64,000 bases of DNA from Octopus sinensis (taxonomy: Eukaryota), in the NCBI RefSeq assembly GCF_006345805.1, contig NC_043021.1, forward strand, positions 28,148,001 through 28,212,000. Direction: 5' to 3'. The position numbers and the translations under genes were made by a program. Within the stretch, counting starts at the first letter, position 1, and every line of letters starts with the position of its first letter. Of this stretch, positions 50,920 to 64,000 are shown piece by piece. The notes below the pieces were generated by a model. It was not told where the DNA came from. It did not search any database and worked only from the letters and a program-made list of their open reading frames with translations.

Positions 50920-52169
50920 TTCTAGACTGCACTCGTTTTGGTTGTAACATGGCGTCTCAGATCAAACCATTTCCCCTTATTAAATACAAAATGTTGTCAA
51001 TGTAGAGTTTCTGAGATTAGTATAATCTTTACGATTTCACTGTAAAATATATATTTATCGACACTGAAAGAATAAAAACCATATATATTCTGGGCGCGAT
51101 TTGAACGCACATAGCTTACAGTCGCAATGGTTACTGCTATATAATCAATTCCGCAATCCTCAAAACTCTACTACTTGGTCTATATCTGTATCTATCTCTA
51201 TGAAAATATCTGTATATGTAATTATTTGTATATGAATGACTGAGCCTGTATTATGCGCGGGGACAAATAATCGGACTGACTACCCGATCGCGCGATTAAA
51301 CCATTGGGAGTGAAGGACTCCTAGCCTTTGTTAGGGCATCCTTCTAGGAGAAGGTAACTCAGGTAACTGGGATAACTCCGACATAAAACCTGCGACTCAG
51401 TGGTTACCGATGATGTTGACTTGTTCTTCTTTTCGGATTATGGCTGCTGTTGCTTAGTGAGTGGGATTGACTCAGTGCACAGCCTTTCCTCACTTAAAAA
51501 AAGATCTTCTTGCACAGGCATTGCACGATAACAACATTGTTCATGATTGTTGATGGTGCTGTAAGTCTCAACTGAATGGCTGGCTGTAGCCTTAAAAAGG
51601 AAATAAAGTCACATTCGATCACAGCACCAGTAACAGTTAAGCTTCGTGCAATGGCCATACTCGATAACGAGGTGGCAGCCATCATGTATGTATGTATGTA
51701 TGTATGTATGTATGTATGTATGTATGTATGTATGTATGTGTGTATGTATGTATGTGTGTATGTATGTATGTATGTATGTATGTATGTATGTATGTATGTA
51801 TGTATGTATGTATGTATGTGTGTCGGCGTACAGATAGATTGATGCATATATGTATGTATATATGCATGTATGCATACATATAACTAGGCATATCTAGTAC
51901 GTATATATATAAGGGAAATGTTCAACGTCTGCGTGTGTATCTCTCCATGAATGCTGATGTATACCATCTATTTTCTTCAGGCATACTTAACTTTTGGGAA
52001 AGTGAAATAAATTTGTTTGAAGTTTAATTTGCTACGAGTCATTTTTCCCAACAAAAATTAAATAGGACTTCAACCTGAATAATATTTTAAGACTCCTGTG
52101 CACCTAACTTTCAATATATTTGGACTAAATAGAGATTTTTTTGTTTAAAAGATTATCTAAATTTGTGAT

Positions 52170-52505
52170 CAGTCCCACTGCGTGGCATCTGGAGTATGTG
52201 TACTCTACTATAGAACCCAACTGATCCAAGTTTTTTATGTAGACTTGATAGACAGAAACTGAAATGAAGCCCATCGTATATACATATGTATGTACGTATT
52301 TGTGTTTGTCCCTTCCCCCACCAGCTTGAAAACAGATGCCGGTTTGCTTACGTCCTCATAAGCTAGTGGTTCGGTAATAGCAGACCGACGGAATATCAGG
52401 CTAGAAAAAAAAAAGCAGAACTACTTGGGAAGAATCATTCGTGTAAACTTTTAACGGCTCTGCCTCAGTATGGCCGCAGTCCCTTGGCTGAAACAAGTAA
52501 AAGAT
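52170..52505 (+). mobile_element. Decayed family-B SINE
   Basis: CAGTCCCACTGCGTGGCA...GAAACTGAAATGAAGCCCATCG...GCTGAAACAAGTAAAAG. Confidence 0.8.
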
Positions 52506-52577
52506 TAAAGGTAAAATATAGAAGATATGTAATATACATTATGTTTATAATAAATATACGCACATCCATCCATCCCT

Positions 52578-52614
<37 letters not shown>

Positions 52615-52650
52615 TATATTAGAAGGTTTGGAGATGATGTACAGGTATTT

Positions 52651-52855
52651 TATATTAGAAGAAATGAGGTACTCCGAAATTCGGATGGTTTTATATCATA
52701 TATCATATATATCATAAAATCCACCAGAATGGATGAAAGCGCTAATATATGATTTATGATATGTTATATGATGTATAAAAACATGTAATATACAAAAAAA
52801 TATCTGTAAATATAAAACCATCCGAATTTCTGAGTACCTCATTTCTTCTAATATA
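52651..52855. mobile_element. 205-bp element with 46-bp inverted ends and an internal dead hammerhead scaffold (52704-52751)
   Basis: 52651-52696 pairs with 52810-52855 (1 mismatch); CATATAT ATCATAAA ATCCA-CCAGAA-TGGAT GAAA GCGC TA ATATATG. Confidence 0.7.
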
Positions 52856-52899
52856 TATATATATATATATACAAACACACACAAACACACACACATATA

Positions 52900-52980
<81 letters not shown>

Positions 52981-53890
52981 GTATATATATCTATATTGAT
53001 ATATATATTTATATATGTATAACATATATACATACATAACCCTACGTATTCAATTTTATGTGTGTCTTTGCAAGTCTGTGTAACGCGTACTTACATGTTT
53101 GTGTCTGTGCTTGTGTGTACGTATGTGCCTGTACTATATCCCTGTCATTCGACGTGTACAATTCTGTTGTTGTGTAATGATGGATATCTAGAGACAAATT
53201 AAAAGCTAAATAAAATGAAAAAAAAAACGTAACGCCGGCAATTTATTCAATAAGATTCAAGTGAGTGTTAGTTGTAACACCCACAATATATGCAAAATAT
53301 ATGCAAAACTCGTGGGAATAATTCATACTTCAAAGGGAGGTAACACTAATTATTCAAGTTCAAGTAGGCTTGAAATATAAATAATGCTTCGTTCTAAAAA
53401 TCACAGACAGCCAAGCCGATATATGTCGAACGAAAGAATACATTATTTAGAGTTGTCTTTATCAGTATATCTGCTATTTTAAATATAAATCGTAGAAAGA
53501 TAACACAAAACATTCGATAAATTAGCGCCATAGGAGAAATCGTTATCTTTGCCTTTCCTCTATTAAAATAAAAAAAAAAAATTGTTTGAAATATTTTCGA
53601 GAACTCAAAAGATTGTTCTGGTTTCACTGGAGAAAAAATCCCAGATGCTCAGCTTCTGTTCTGTTGTAGTGCGAAATAAATTTTGAGAAATCATATCCAC
53701 TGTCTCAAGTACAACCGCAGCCGGGTGTTTTAGAAGCTCTCGTTGCAACTGTATGGTTTCAGGTTCAGTCCTACAGCGCAACAACTTAAATAAGCTTTTT
53801 CCAATATAGCCACGGGCAGACCAATACCTTTCGAGGAGAGAATATGGGAGACGGAAACTAAGGAAACTCATCGTGTATATATGATATAAC

Positions 53891-53967
<77 letters not shown>

Positions 53968-54879
53968 TATAGATAGATAGAGAATCAGATATTATCCGTA
54001 TAGAACTTACTTAGTAGTGCTCAAGAGCTTTAAACTTGAGCGGGTAGAGGGGTAAATGTAAGGTTAAGCAAATTAGGCAGATCGATATACAAAGAATATT
54101 AAATACATGAAATACGAAAAATGTATATATGTTTATAAACATAATGTCCGACTTACACACAGTAGAAATGATATCAAGAATTAAAGGAGTTGAACAAAAG
54201 GTTCACAAATCCAACAGTTGTATCTGGGGGCCCGGCTGTCCAAAATAAGGATTGTAAATTGGTTCCATCGTCGGATGGTGCGAGGCTCCTTCTTCAGGGA
54301 AGAAATCTTACATTTGAAGTGTTGTCAGAAAGGAGATTAAAAAATACATACGATGGACTTCTTTCAGTTTGTATCAACCAAAATCCACTTGCAAGACTTT
54401 GATAAGCCAGTGGCTATAGTAGAAGACACTTGCCCAAAGTACCACACAGTGGAACTGAACCTGGAACCATATGGGGAGGTTAACTTCTAACCACACATCC
54501 ACGCTTCGCAATGTATCTTTTCGAAGTTATAACGATCTATACCCTGGATATCTGAGAAATAGAGGCAAAAGGCCATCAAATTCTAGGGACGTGGTTTGTT
54601 TTGTTACAATCTATCGCAACATTTGATAGATACCGTATTCTATCACACATGTAGGTGTGAGAGGCTTCCATGGATAAAACCACCAACAGTCTTTTAGCAT
54701 ATGAACGTGGCATTCAACCTGTCATATTCCTGGAAGTCAGTCCCTGTGTGCGTTCTCGGGTTTTTGTCAAACGAAGAATTTTGTGCTTTGCTAATGGTAA
54801 TATAATTTTATCCAAGAAAAACGAGTTACGGATTCTTTCCTTCTTGACTGGAATCTAGTGGACAGTTACAGTTACAAGG

Positions 54880-55060
54880 GTAGCGACGAGGACGAGATAA
54901 AATGGCAGTTTCTTTTAAGCAAATGAAAACGTTTCTCGAACATCAGTAGGAACAGTTTGAGGTGGTTAAGTCTAGCTTTATTGAATTATTAGCTGAAAAG
55001 TTATCCATCAACTGAAACTGACAATTCTCCGCTAGCTTCAAATTCCATTACAGAATTTAC
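54880..55060 (+). mobile_element. Probable Gypsy LTR-retrotransposon PBS region and gag N-terminus, decayed
   Basis: TAGCGACGAGGA upstream of MAVSFKQMKTFLEHQ*EQFEVV...LLAEKLSI...SNSITEF, recalled as Mag-type gag; LTR not delimited. Confidence 0.45.
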
Positions 55061-55338
55061 CGTCACAGTTACAACAATCACTGTCCACATTTGACGCTCG
55101 GGCGATTCAGAATAAGTGACGCAATGTATATTTTGTTTGAGGCTCTAAAACTTCTTGCTAAGATATCTGAGATATAAGGGAAAAACTTCACACTGAAAAA
55201 AAATAAGGAATAAATTGTCAGGTCCTTCCTGCTTTACGTTGATTCTCTTCAAATTGAAGTAGATTTGATTTATGTTTACCAACAACAACAACACACACAC
55301 ACACACACACATATTCGCTAATATTGGTCGGTAATATC

Positions 55339-55573
55339 GGGCGGCGAGCTGGCAAAAACGTTAGCACGCCGGGCGAAATGCGTAGCCGTATTTCGTCTGC
55401 CGTTACGTTCTGAGTTCAAATTCCACCGAGGTCGACTTTGCCTTTCATCCTTTCGTGATTGATAAATAAAGTACCAGTGACGCACTGGGATCGATATAAT
55501 CGACTTCATACCTTTGTCTGTCCTTCTTTGTTCTCTCTATGTTTAGCCCCTTGTGGGCAATAAAGAAATAAGA
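55339..55573 (+). mobile_element. Family-A SINE monomer with X tail only
   Basis: Head, core and X tail ending AATAAAGAAATAAGA. Confidence 0.9.
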
Positions 55574-56495
55574 ATGAGTGGTCAACACCGCATTGGCGTA
55601 TAAATACTCATTCATTGTGGGTTTAAAAGGATCCCAATGGTTTCATATAGTGAGATATTACTCACCAACTATCAAGCCTGTCACATGGTCACGTAGGTCC
55701 TCATGATCTTGGGACTGATGTTTCAATTACTGGACCGGGCGATGCGTTATGTTCTTGAGCAAAACACTTCATTTCATATTGCGTTCCGTCTAGTGGATGG
55801 ATACATATGTATGAGGGAAATCGGCCTCATGCGATTATTATTTTCTTTCAGATATACGTATGAGCCAGTCAGCTTATATGATTGTCTTTCACTTTTTAAT
55901 ATCCATTAATATTGATTTCAAATTTTGACATTAGGCTAGCAATTTCAGTGTAGGGAATAAGTCGATGTAATCGACTTATTCCCTACCCTGAAATCAACTG
56001 GTACTTATTTTATCCACACCGAAATGAGGAAAGGTAAAGTGGACCTCGGCTGAATTTGAACTTAGAACGTGAAGAGGGACGAAATGCCGCATTTCGCCCA
56101 GTGTGCTAACCAGTCTGCCAGCCTACCGCCTTCCAATGTCTAATAAGATTGATTTCTGCCAGTTATGATGTATTTAGAAATTTGGCAAAATCGGTAGAGC
56201 ATCGGTTAGAGTGATGTCTTGTCATCTTTTTCTCGTTCTGTTTTTTTTTCTGTTTTTTTTTTGGCAAGGTCATCCAGGGACTGATAAATAGATTAACAAT
56301 CAAAGGGGCCGAAAGTTGACATTTCCTTTTCTCTCAATGTTCCTCTCTTTCTCGTTCTCTCTCACTCACTCTCAGAATTAATGCTACACTCTGCTGTAAA
56401 ACGGTGGACGATCACCATTTAGCTCGTCTGGGATATTCGAAAACTATGGGGACACCTCAGTGACATAATTAAAAGTTTCAGAAAATTTCGGAAAT

Positions 56496-56528
<33 letters not shown>

Positions 56529-56534
56529 ACATGC

Positions 56535-56735
56535 GTGCGCGAACAAACAGACCATGAGTTGACGACAGCTGCTTCCGCTGCCGGTGCTTCTGCTGCTGTT
56601 GCTGTTAATGTTGATGATGATGATGATGATGACGAAGGTGAAGATGATAAATGCGAGCACCATTGTTCGAACTCGGATATTTGTGACATGCCCAGAAGAG
56701 TATCCCAAACGACAGACCCAAAGATTTCCAACTGA
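56535..56735. other. GC-richer low-complexity island, candidate exon (strand unresolved)
   Basis: Plus: DHELTTAASAAGASAAVAVNVDDDDDDDEGEDDKCEHHC...* with a downstream AATAAA near 56853. Minus: TTTCAG acceptor at 56732 with two open frames. Confidence 0.3.
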
Positions 56736-56771
56736 AACTGGGAATTGATTACGTTATAAATATGTGGAATT

Positions 56772-56807
<36 letters not shown>

Positions 56808-57395
56808 TCATTGATGTGTTTATTTTGATTTTGTTTCTCCCACGTTTGTATTAATAAATAAAATTCAACTTGTAATATCTATTTATTTATCATGTCTTCT
56901 CTTGTTTTTGGTTTTGTCGTTGCTCTATGGTGTATCAGTGAATCTTTCACCGGCGCTATAGTAATGCAATTATCAATTGATGACACTTCGAAAACAGAAA
57001 TTACTTTAATAAAATTACTGCGAATATAGTGGCAAAATAGGATATCTTTTGAAAGCTCTTCTACGACCTGTGTGGCTTGAAAACATATTTGAAATTGAAC
57101 ATATCGCTGCGCAAGATTTCAAACAGCAATTATATCTAATGCTCATGCTAAAATGACATGGAACGATTTCAAAGGACAGCAAATGACTGCTTACGTCATT
57201 GCAGCTACGTTCACATAATATCAGTGAAAGTATAGTCTTCTATAAAGATATGAGGCATGAGATGCAGGCTCTGTTCCTAAATGTTGATTAGATTTCCTTC
57301 TCTGGAACTGAAACAAATCATTCCGTTATTCTCTAGATATATCATTAAATAAACCATACGAAGCGACAGAATTTTTATTTCATGGCATTCCGTGC

Positions 57396-57454
<59 letters not shown>

Positions 57455-57555
57455 TCGCTACCAGAGAATTGGTTATTTGGTATGTGTTCTCTGACGTCAG
57501 TAATAGCACGTACAAAACTGTTCTGTTTCAAGCATCAAGATCTTCATTGAACAGG

Positions 57556-57610
<55 letters not shown>

Positions 57611-57801
57611 CCTCTCTCTCGCGCGCACACACACACACACACACACAAAGATGCATATATATGTCTATGTGTGTGTATATGTATATATATATATGTATGT
57701 GTGCATATATGTGTATATATATGCATATGTATGCCTATATATGTGTATGTATTCATAGAAATGCTTATATCTGTATGCGTATATGTGAGTATATATGTAT
57801 A

Positions 57802-57870
<69 letters not shown>

Positions 57871-58296
57871 CATATATATATATAACTGTAGAGGTCATCG
57901 AATAAGCGAAAGAGATCAATGAATTATTAAGAATATTGTTTAACTAGAATATTAGTCTCCACCATAACTTGAGTAAATATGATAATTTATTTTCCTTTCA
58001 AACGTTATTTAATTAGCACCAATATCAATACAATTAAAGAATTCGAATTGCCCGGTAATCTAGAAATGGCTGCTGGTCACTCCGTATTCTATTCAACTGC
58101 TACTATTTTAGTGTAACTAACACATGATAATGTGGTCCTAACTACACCTTGCTTAACAACGAATATGTTTCTCCACGCTGGACGGCTCTTGATTAGCTAC
58201 TTACTAGGCTTGATGTATTACTTCAGTTGCAGCCACACATTCTTAAGTGGTCCGCACCTTAATTGACCCAGATTTGTTCAATAAGGTAGTGATTGC

Positions 58297-58619
58297 AAGG
58301 CGGCGAGCTGGCAGAAACGTTAGCACGCCGGGCGAAATGCTTAGTGGTATTTCGTCTGCCGCTACGTTCTGAGTTCAAATTCCGCCGAAGTCGACTTTGC
58401 CTTTCATCCTTTCGAGGTTGATTAAATAAGTACCAGTTACGCACTGGGGTCGATATAATCGACTTAATCCGTTTGTCTGTCCTCTCTGTGTTTAGGCCCT
58501 TGTGGGTAGTAAAGAAATAGGTATTTTGTCTAGCGTTATTTTGTCTAGTTCAAACTCTGCCGAGGTCGACTTTGCCTTTCATTCTTTCGGGTTCGATTAA
58601 ATAAATACCAGTTACGCAC
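58297..58619 (+). mobile_element. Family-A SINE: head-core-X plus truncated second core
   Basis: Junction AAAGAAATAG|GTATTTTGTC at 58520. Confidence 0.85.
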
Positions 58620-60826
58620 ATAATTAAAAAAAGAAAGAGCGTTGAAGTATTGTGATAAAGAAGTACGATATGAAAAAAGAAAGCCACATTGAAGGGAGAG
58701 AGCATCGTACTATATCAGGAGGGTAAGTTGAATAATCTTCACATATTTAACATCATCAAAGGTGAAAATAGTCAAGGAATTTTAGTCTATACAGTACCAG
58801 CACTTTTGATCGTTGCGCGTTGCGAGAAACCCTCCGTCTCTATTATTTGCCATAGGTGTAATTGTAAAATATCGGAGTCTATAAAAATAGAATTATGTGG
58901 ATTCAAATTTTCTTTTGTATTCTCGTCAATGAAAAAAAAAACATTTTTTTTCTTTTTTGAGAGTAAAAGTATTTAATCATTTTAAGAAAATGCTTGTCTA
59001 ATGTACTTTTCCATTTGAAGCTCAGCTAATGGTGTATAAAAAAATACAATTCATCAATGCGTGCGGATGGATACGAGATATAAATGAAGTACTAACATTA
59101 AGTTTATTTAGTAACGCCAGGTTATAATTTTTATGTGACGCCATTCTGCATTGAGCACAAATTAGCACGGATCTAGACACTAGACATAGCTTTTTGACGG
59201 TTCTCATGTGTCCGAATATCAAACGAATGTTGGACTGCAGTCACTAACTGGATGACAATAGTGTGAAACATGAGATATATTTAGTTACACAAACGCTCTA
59301 CGTTTATGTGAAGCCATTGTACTCTCAGCTCAAATGGAAACACATTCTGGCAGTAAGCATAACATGTTGGTTTTCCGCTATCATAATATCAAAATGATTG
59401 TTGCAGTGCATTAACGCTCTCGATGATAATACTTTGAACAGATATTAATATGTGGGCAAAATTATTTATAATGATTTATTGCTTTCAACAAGTATATTTT
59501 TGTGAATGTAATTACAGAGGATTCTGTTTTCCAAACAACCTGCACACAAAAGCATTTCACATCGTTTCCATTTTGTCACCATTAATTTTTTGTAACACCG
59601 TTAAAGCGCTTTATCCTTTGAAGCATTTTATAATCATTGGATACATTCTACATGGTCGATAGCTGACATTTTAAGAGAAATTTGTAATTTTCCCACTAGA
59701 TTCAAATACACATTAGAGCTGATTGTTACGTGGGTTTTCGGTTGTCTAACGTTAACTTAAATACTTACAAATATACGTCGTCGACATTGAAATCAATGAG
59801 ATCACACATTTTATAACAGAACAAAATTGTGGCTATGATAAAATAAAATGGAGACACTTCCGTAAAACACAGCACTGTATTCAAGATGACGGCTACAAAA
59901 CCTCTACTGTGTAGTTCGATATGTAAGAAAAAGCGGCAAAATCACAGAACAAAATTGTGGCTGAAGTAAAATCAAATGACGTTAATTTCATAAAATACAA
60001 CAATTTGCTTGAACCAAAAAATAAAAAAAAAACTCCACTAGGTGGCTCTGTCTACTAGAGGTAGCAGCCAAACCACACACTGTAACGTCTTCACATAAGA
60101 CACATCAAATAATGAAGTACGAATACGGAATGGTCACAGCTGTAACATTTTAGAAATGCTTGCCTCTTACAAGAATTATGAGTGAATTCTGAATATTTTG
60201 CTTGGAACTTGTGAGAAATGCTTTAAAAATGATATTTTATAAATATACCACATGAAATTCCTTTGTTCCGTCCGTCATATTTCTGTTATATTTCCACTTT
60301 ATATATAATTAGCTTCTTACAAAGAGACTATGTGATCGCTCAGTTTGTTAGTAACTGGATGACAATAGTGTGACAATCAATAACATTACTTCATATGAGA
60401 TATATTTAGTTACAAAGACGCTTTTCTTTCATGTGACGCCATTGTGCTTTCAGCTCCAATGGAGACACATACTGGCAGTAAGCAAAACTTGTTGGTTCTC
60501 CGCCATAATAATATCAAAACAATTGTTGGAATGCATTAATGTCCTCGATGGCAATAATTTGGACAAAAATTAATAAGCATCTAATCAAATTAAGAAGCAT
60601 CAAAATAAGCGTCAAACCAAAACCTGGTGTTTTAATAAGAAAAACACATTCAAATGTGCTTTTTTCTTCTTCTTATGGGGTCCCCAGTATTTTCTTAATG
60701 CAGTAAGTGCAAACATGGATGTGGAGCTAAGAAGTCCACTTTGCATACACATGGTTTCGGATTCAGACCCATTGCGCAAATGGCTTCTACTATAGCCATA
60801 AGTCGACAATATTTGCATATATGTAT

Positions 60827-61044
60827 GGCGGCGAGCTGGCTGAAACGTTAGCACGCTGGGCGAAATGCTTACTGGTATTTCGTCTATCTTTACGCTCTGA
60901 GTTCAAATTCCGCCGATATCGACCTTGCCTTTTATCCTTTCGGGGTCGATAAATTAAGTACCAGTTGAGTACTGAGGTGGATCTAATCAACTTGTCTCCT
61001 CCCCACAATTTTGGGCCTTGTGCCTAGAGTAGAAAAGAATATTT
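60827..61044 (+). mobile_element. Family-A SINE monomer with Y tail
   Basis: Head, core and tail GGCCTTGTGCCTAGAGTAGAAAAGAATATT. Confidence 0.9.
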
Positions 61045-61970
61045 ACATATATGTGTGTGTATATATAGACATGTGTGTGTGTGTGTGTATGTGTGTGTGT
61101 GTGTGTGTGTATGCCAGAAAACCTTCCAGAACTAGAAACCATTATCTAAGCTTTATCCAAGCCTAACAAGAAAACAAAAAGTAGATCAACCCACATCAAT
61201 ATAAGTGATCACAATAACCAATGAATCCATAAACACTTTCAACTTTATGAGAATGAAGAACGTATATATGGGAGCAGGTTTTAGGTGTTTGTTTTTCTCT
61301 CCCAACGTTTGACAACGGTGTCGGTTAATTTACGTCCCTTAACACAGCGGTTTAGCAAAACAAGAAAGACAAAATATTATCACACTTTAAGAGAGCATGT
61401 ACACTAAAAGAGTATTGAGGCGATTTATTCGAGTCAACCCTCCAAGTTATGCCCCAGATTGGCCGCGGAGCAGTGAATAAAACAACAAGAAGATATGAGC
61501 CCATATGTATCAAATGGAACGATTATCTATTATGGCTGTATCTGTTTTGTGAAGATTAGAATCTGACCGCTGCTGGTGATCTCAGCACGAAGCGAAATTT
61601 CCAACACCTATTATTCTCATTGACATATAAGAGTAAACAGCCACAGTAATTTTATTTCCATGTAAATATAAAACCAACAAGACAAATTCTAGTGTATAGC
61701 TAGTCAATAACCGTGACTGTTTAAAAAATACAGTAGCAGAATAAAAAACGATACTGGAATCAACCGTATATCTTGGCGGGAATAAAGATACAGATATGTG
61801 TGAATGGTTAATGTTACAGCGTACGATATGGAATTTATCATCATTTGTCTCGTTAAGGTGACGTCTGTCACAGCGGTAGGAGTTTTCTGACTTAATGGTG
61901 ATATCTCTTGTGTGGAATCAATCTCTTGCAACGTTATTCATATCACACGAGTTTCCAATACAGAAGTGAT

Positions 61971-62040
<70 letters not shown>

Positions 62041-62305
62041 TGTGTGTGTGTGAAGTTGTATACAAACGCAAATTAACATTAAACTGAACGATCACTCAAC
62101 TCATTTTAGCTGAGTAAATATTTATTCAATTTTTTTCACACGGAAACGTATTGCAGTGGCTTCGAATTTTCGGCTTTCCAGCCGTTATCGATGTGTATGT
62201 TCACAAATAATAAGCCAAATCTTTGAAGCCATCGTCAACATTTACTCACACAAACACACACACACACACACACATTTACATATATATATATATATATATA
62301 TATAT

Positions 62306-63302
62306 CAACCATCTTAACCCCTGACGGAGAAACATCATCTTTCTCAATCAAAGCCGGAATACTGCAGGGAGACACACTCGCCCCATTTCTTTTCATCATT
62401 GTCGTTGACTATGTGCTACGTATGTCAGTTGATACCATCTCTGGCAAGGGCTTTGAAATAAAACCAAGAAGTTCCAGACACCCAGCTGAGTACTTGACAG
62501 ACACTGACTTTGCTGACGACATCGCTCTTATCAGTGATTCTCTCTCCAATGCCCAGTCTCTTTTACAATCTCTCGAACAAGCCTCAAATTGTGTAGGTCT
62601 TTACCTCAATGAGGCCAAAACTGAATACATAAACAAGTGCCTGTCCAACAGTGATTGCATCATCCATACTCTCAACAATGCGCCCTTAAATATGGTTTCT
62701 GATTATAAATATCTTGGGTCATACATATCATCATCTGGAAAAGACTTTCTAACTAGAAAGGGTATGGCCTGGTCAGCTTGTAATGACATGCATAAGATCT
62801 GGTCATCAAATCTAAGTAAAGACTTCAAACTTGAAATCTTCAAAGCCACAGTCGAACCAATCCTACTATATGGCTCAGAAACCTGGACGTTATCAAAGAA
62901 GCTTGAGAGGCGGTTGGATGGAACCTACACTCGCCTCCTTATTAGAGCTCAAAATCTCTCGTGGAAGCGCCATCTCGTGGAAGCGCCATCTCGTGGAAGC
63001 GCCATCCAACCAAAATGCAAATATATGGGAAACTACCACCTGTGTCATCTCTTGTGAAAGGTAGGAGAGTCCAGTTTGCTGGACATTGTTGTAGAGCTGA
63101 AAAAGAAGTAATTTCTACTCTTCTCCTCTGGAAGCCATCTACTCGCAATACCAGAGGGCGCACACTCTCCTACCCTGATGTAATCTCCAGGGATACAGGC
63201 ATCCAGCAACAGGACCTCCGTAATGCCATGATGGACCATGAAGTCTGGCGTAGCATGGTAAATTCCATTGTCTCGACCACGGTCGAACAATGATGATGAT
63301 GA

Positions 63303-63305
<3 letters not shown>
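62306..63305 (+). mobile_element. Young 5'-truncated RTE-clade LINE (RT domain to 3' end) with (TGA)n tail
   Basis: [45 protein letters not shown] motifs with no stop codons; one frameshift from a 16-bp triplication; (TA)n on both sides. Confidence 0.95.
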
Positions 63306-63366
<61 letters not shown>

Positions 63367-63473
63367 CATACATATATATATACATATATACATATATACA
63401 CATATATATACACACATATATATGCATGTATCATACATACACACACATATATACACATACTCATACACAGATG

Positions 63474-63531
<58 letters not shown>

Positions 63532-64000
63532 GCATAAGCACCCCGTCTATAATACCGAAATTGTTGTGTGAACAATGAAACGGACGGCATTTCTCGGATC
63601 TTTTCAATTCTGAAGCCAGGACCACAGATCTTTCTACTTAACTAAATAATTTGAAACTTCGTATGCTGATAGAGTCTAGCAAAACAAGACACAAGTTGGA
63701 ACTAGTTTATTTGAGAAAAATCTATTTTATGACTTTAATCGTAGATTAAAACTGCGAATTTTAACCAATCAGATTGTTTGTTTTCATGTGTAAAACTTGA
63801 CTGCATTCTCTTAGTGTGACGTAGAAAGCGCTTTTGTGACGTACTAACGTTCGTTTGAAAACTGTAAACAATCTAAACTGATGTGGATATTGTTTTATTT
63901 TCTTCGCATGGATCCACATGTTCTTAATATTTTATACACGTGGACTCGAATCATTTACTTTGATAACATTTTATTCGTGCACATCCGAATCATTTGCTTT

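Noticed and set aside
51240-51680. HDV-like ribozyme in an RTE 5' UTR-like block (CTAGGAGAAGGTAACTC)
   Set aside because: Could not build P1.1 or J4/2 by hand; the block may still be a retroelement 5' end
54215-54330. Fourth ORF1 remnant (LYLGARLSKIRIV)
   Set aside because: Only about 13 residues resemble the family motif; insufficient without an alignment score

Overview
AT-rich eukaryotic (animal) genomic DNA, extremely dense in microsatellites and decayed transposons, with no confidently identifiable host gene. The repeat types look like those of a coleoid cephalopod (Octopus); this is inferred from recalled repeat families and was not searched. Nearly all ORFs in the supplied track are artefacts of (TA)n, (ATGT)n, (GATA)n and (GAT)n repeats. 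Supported content: (i) dozens of tRNA-derived SINE copies in at least four families; (ii) four RTE-clade LINE fragments, one of them young; (iii) three diverged remnants of one gag-like ORF1 family; (iv) mariner, maT/DD37D, hAT and probable Academ and Gypsy remnants; (v) several long fold-back inverted repeats; (vi) a few weak candidate exons. The most interesting signal is a set of unrelated minimal type I hammerhead ribozyme (HHR) motifs of the Penelope/retrozyme kind. One is fully intact (20357-20404, minus) and lies in a 453-bp unit whose end-to-start junction is captured in an adjacent perfect inverted copy, which suggests a circular or tandem template. Another lies in a composite element with a Pol III tRNA head (46436-46772). 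The main SINE family also forms modular multimers with recurrent junctions, suggesting SINE-into-SINE insertion or template jumping. All structures were paired by eye, and boundaries of decayed elements are approximate.
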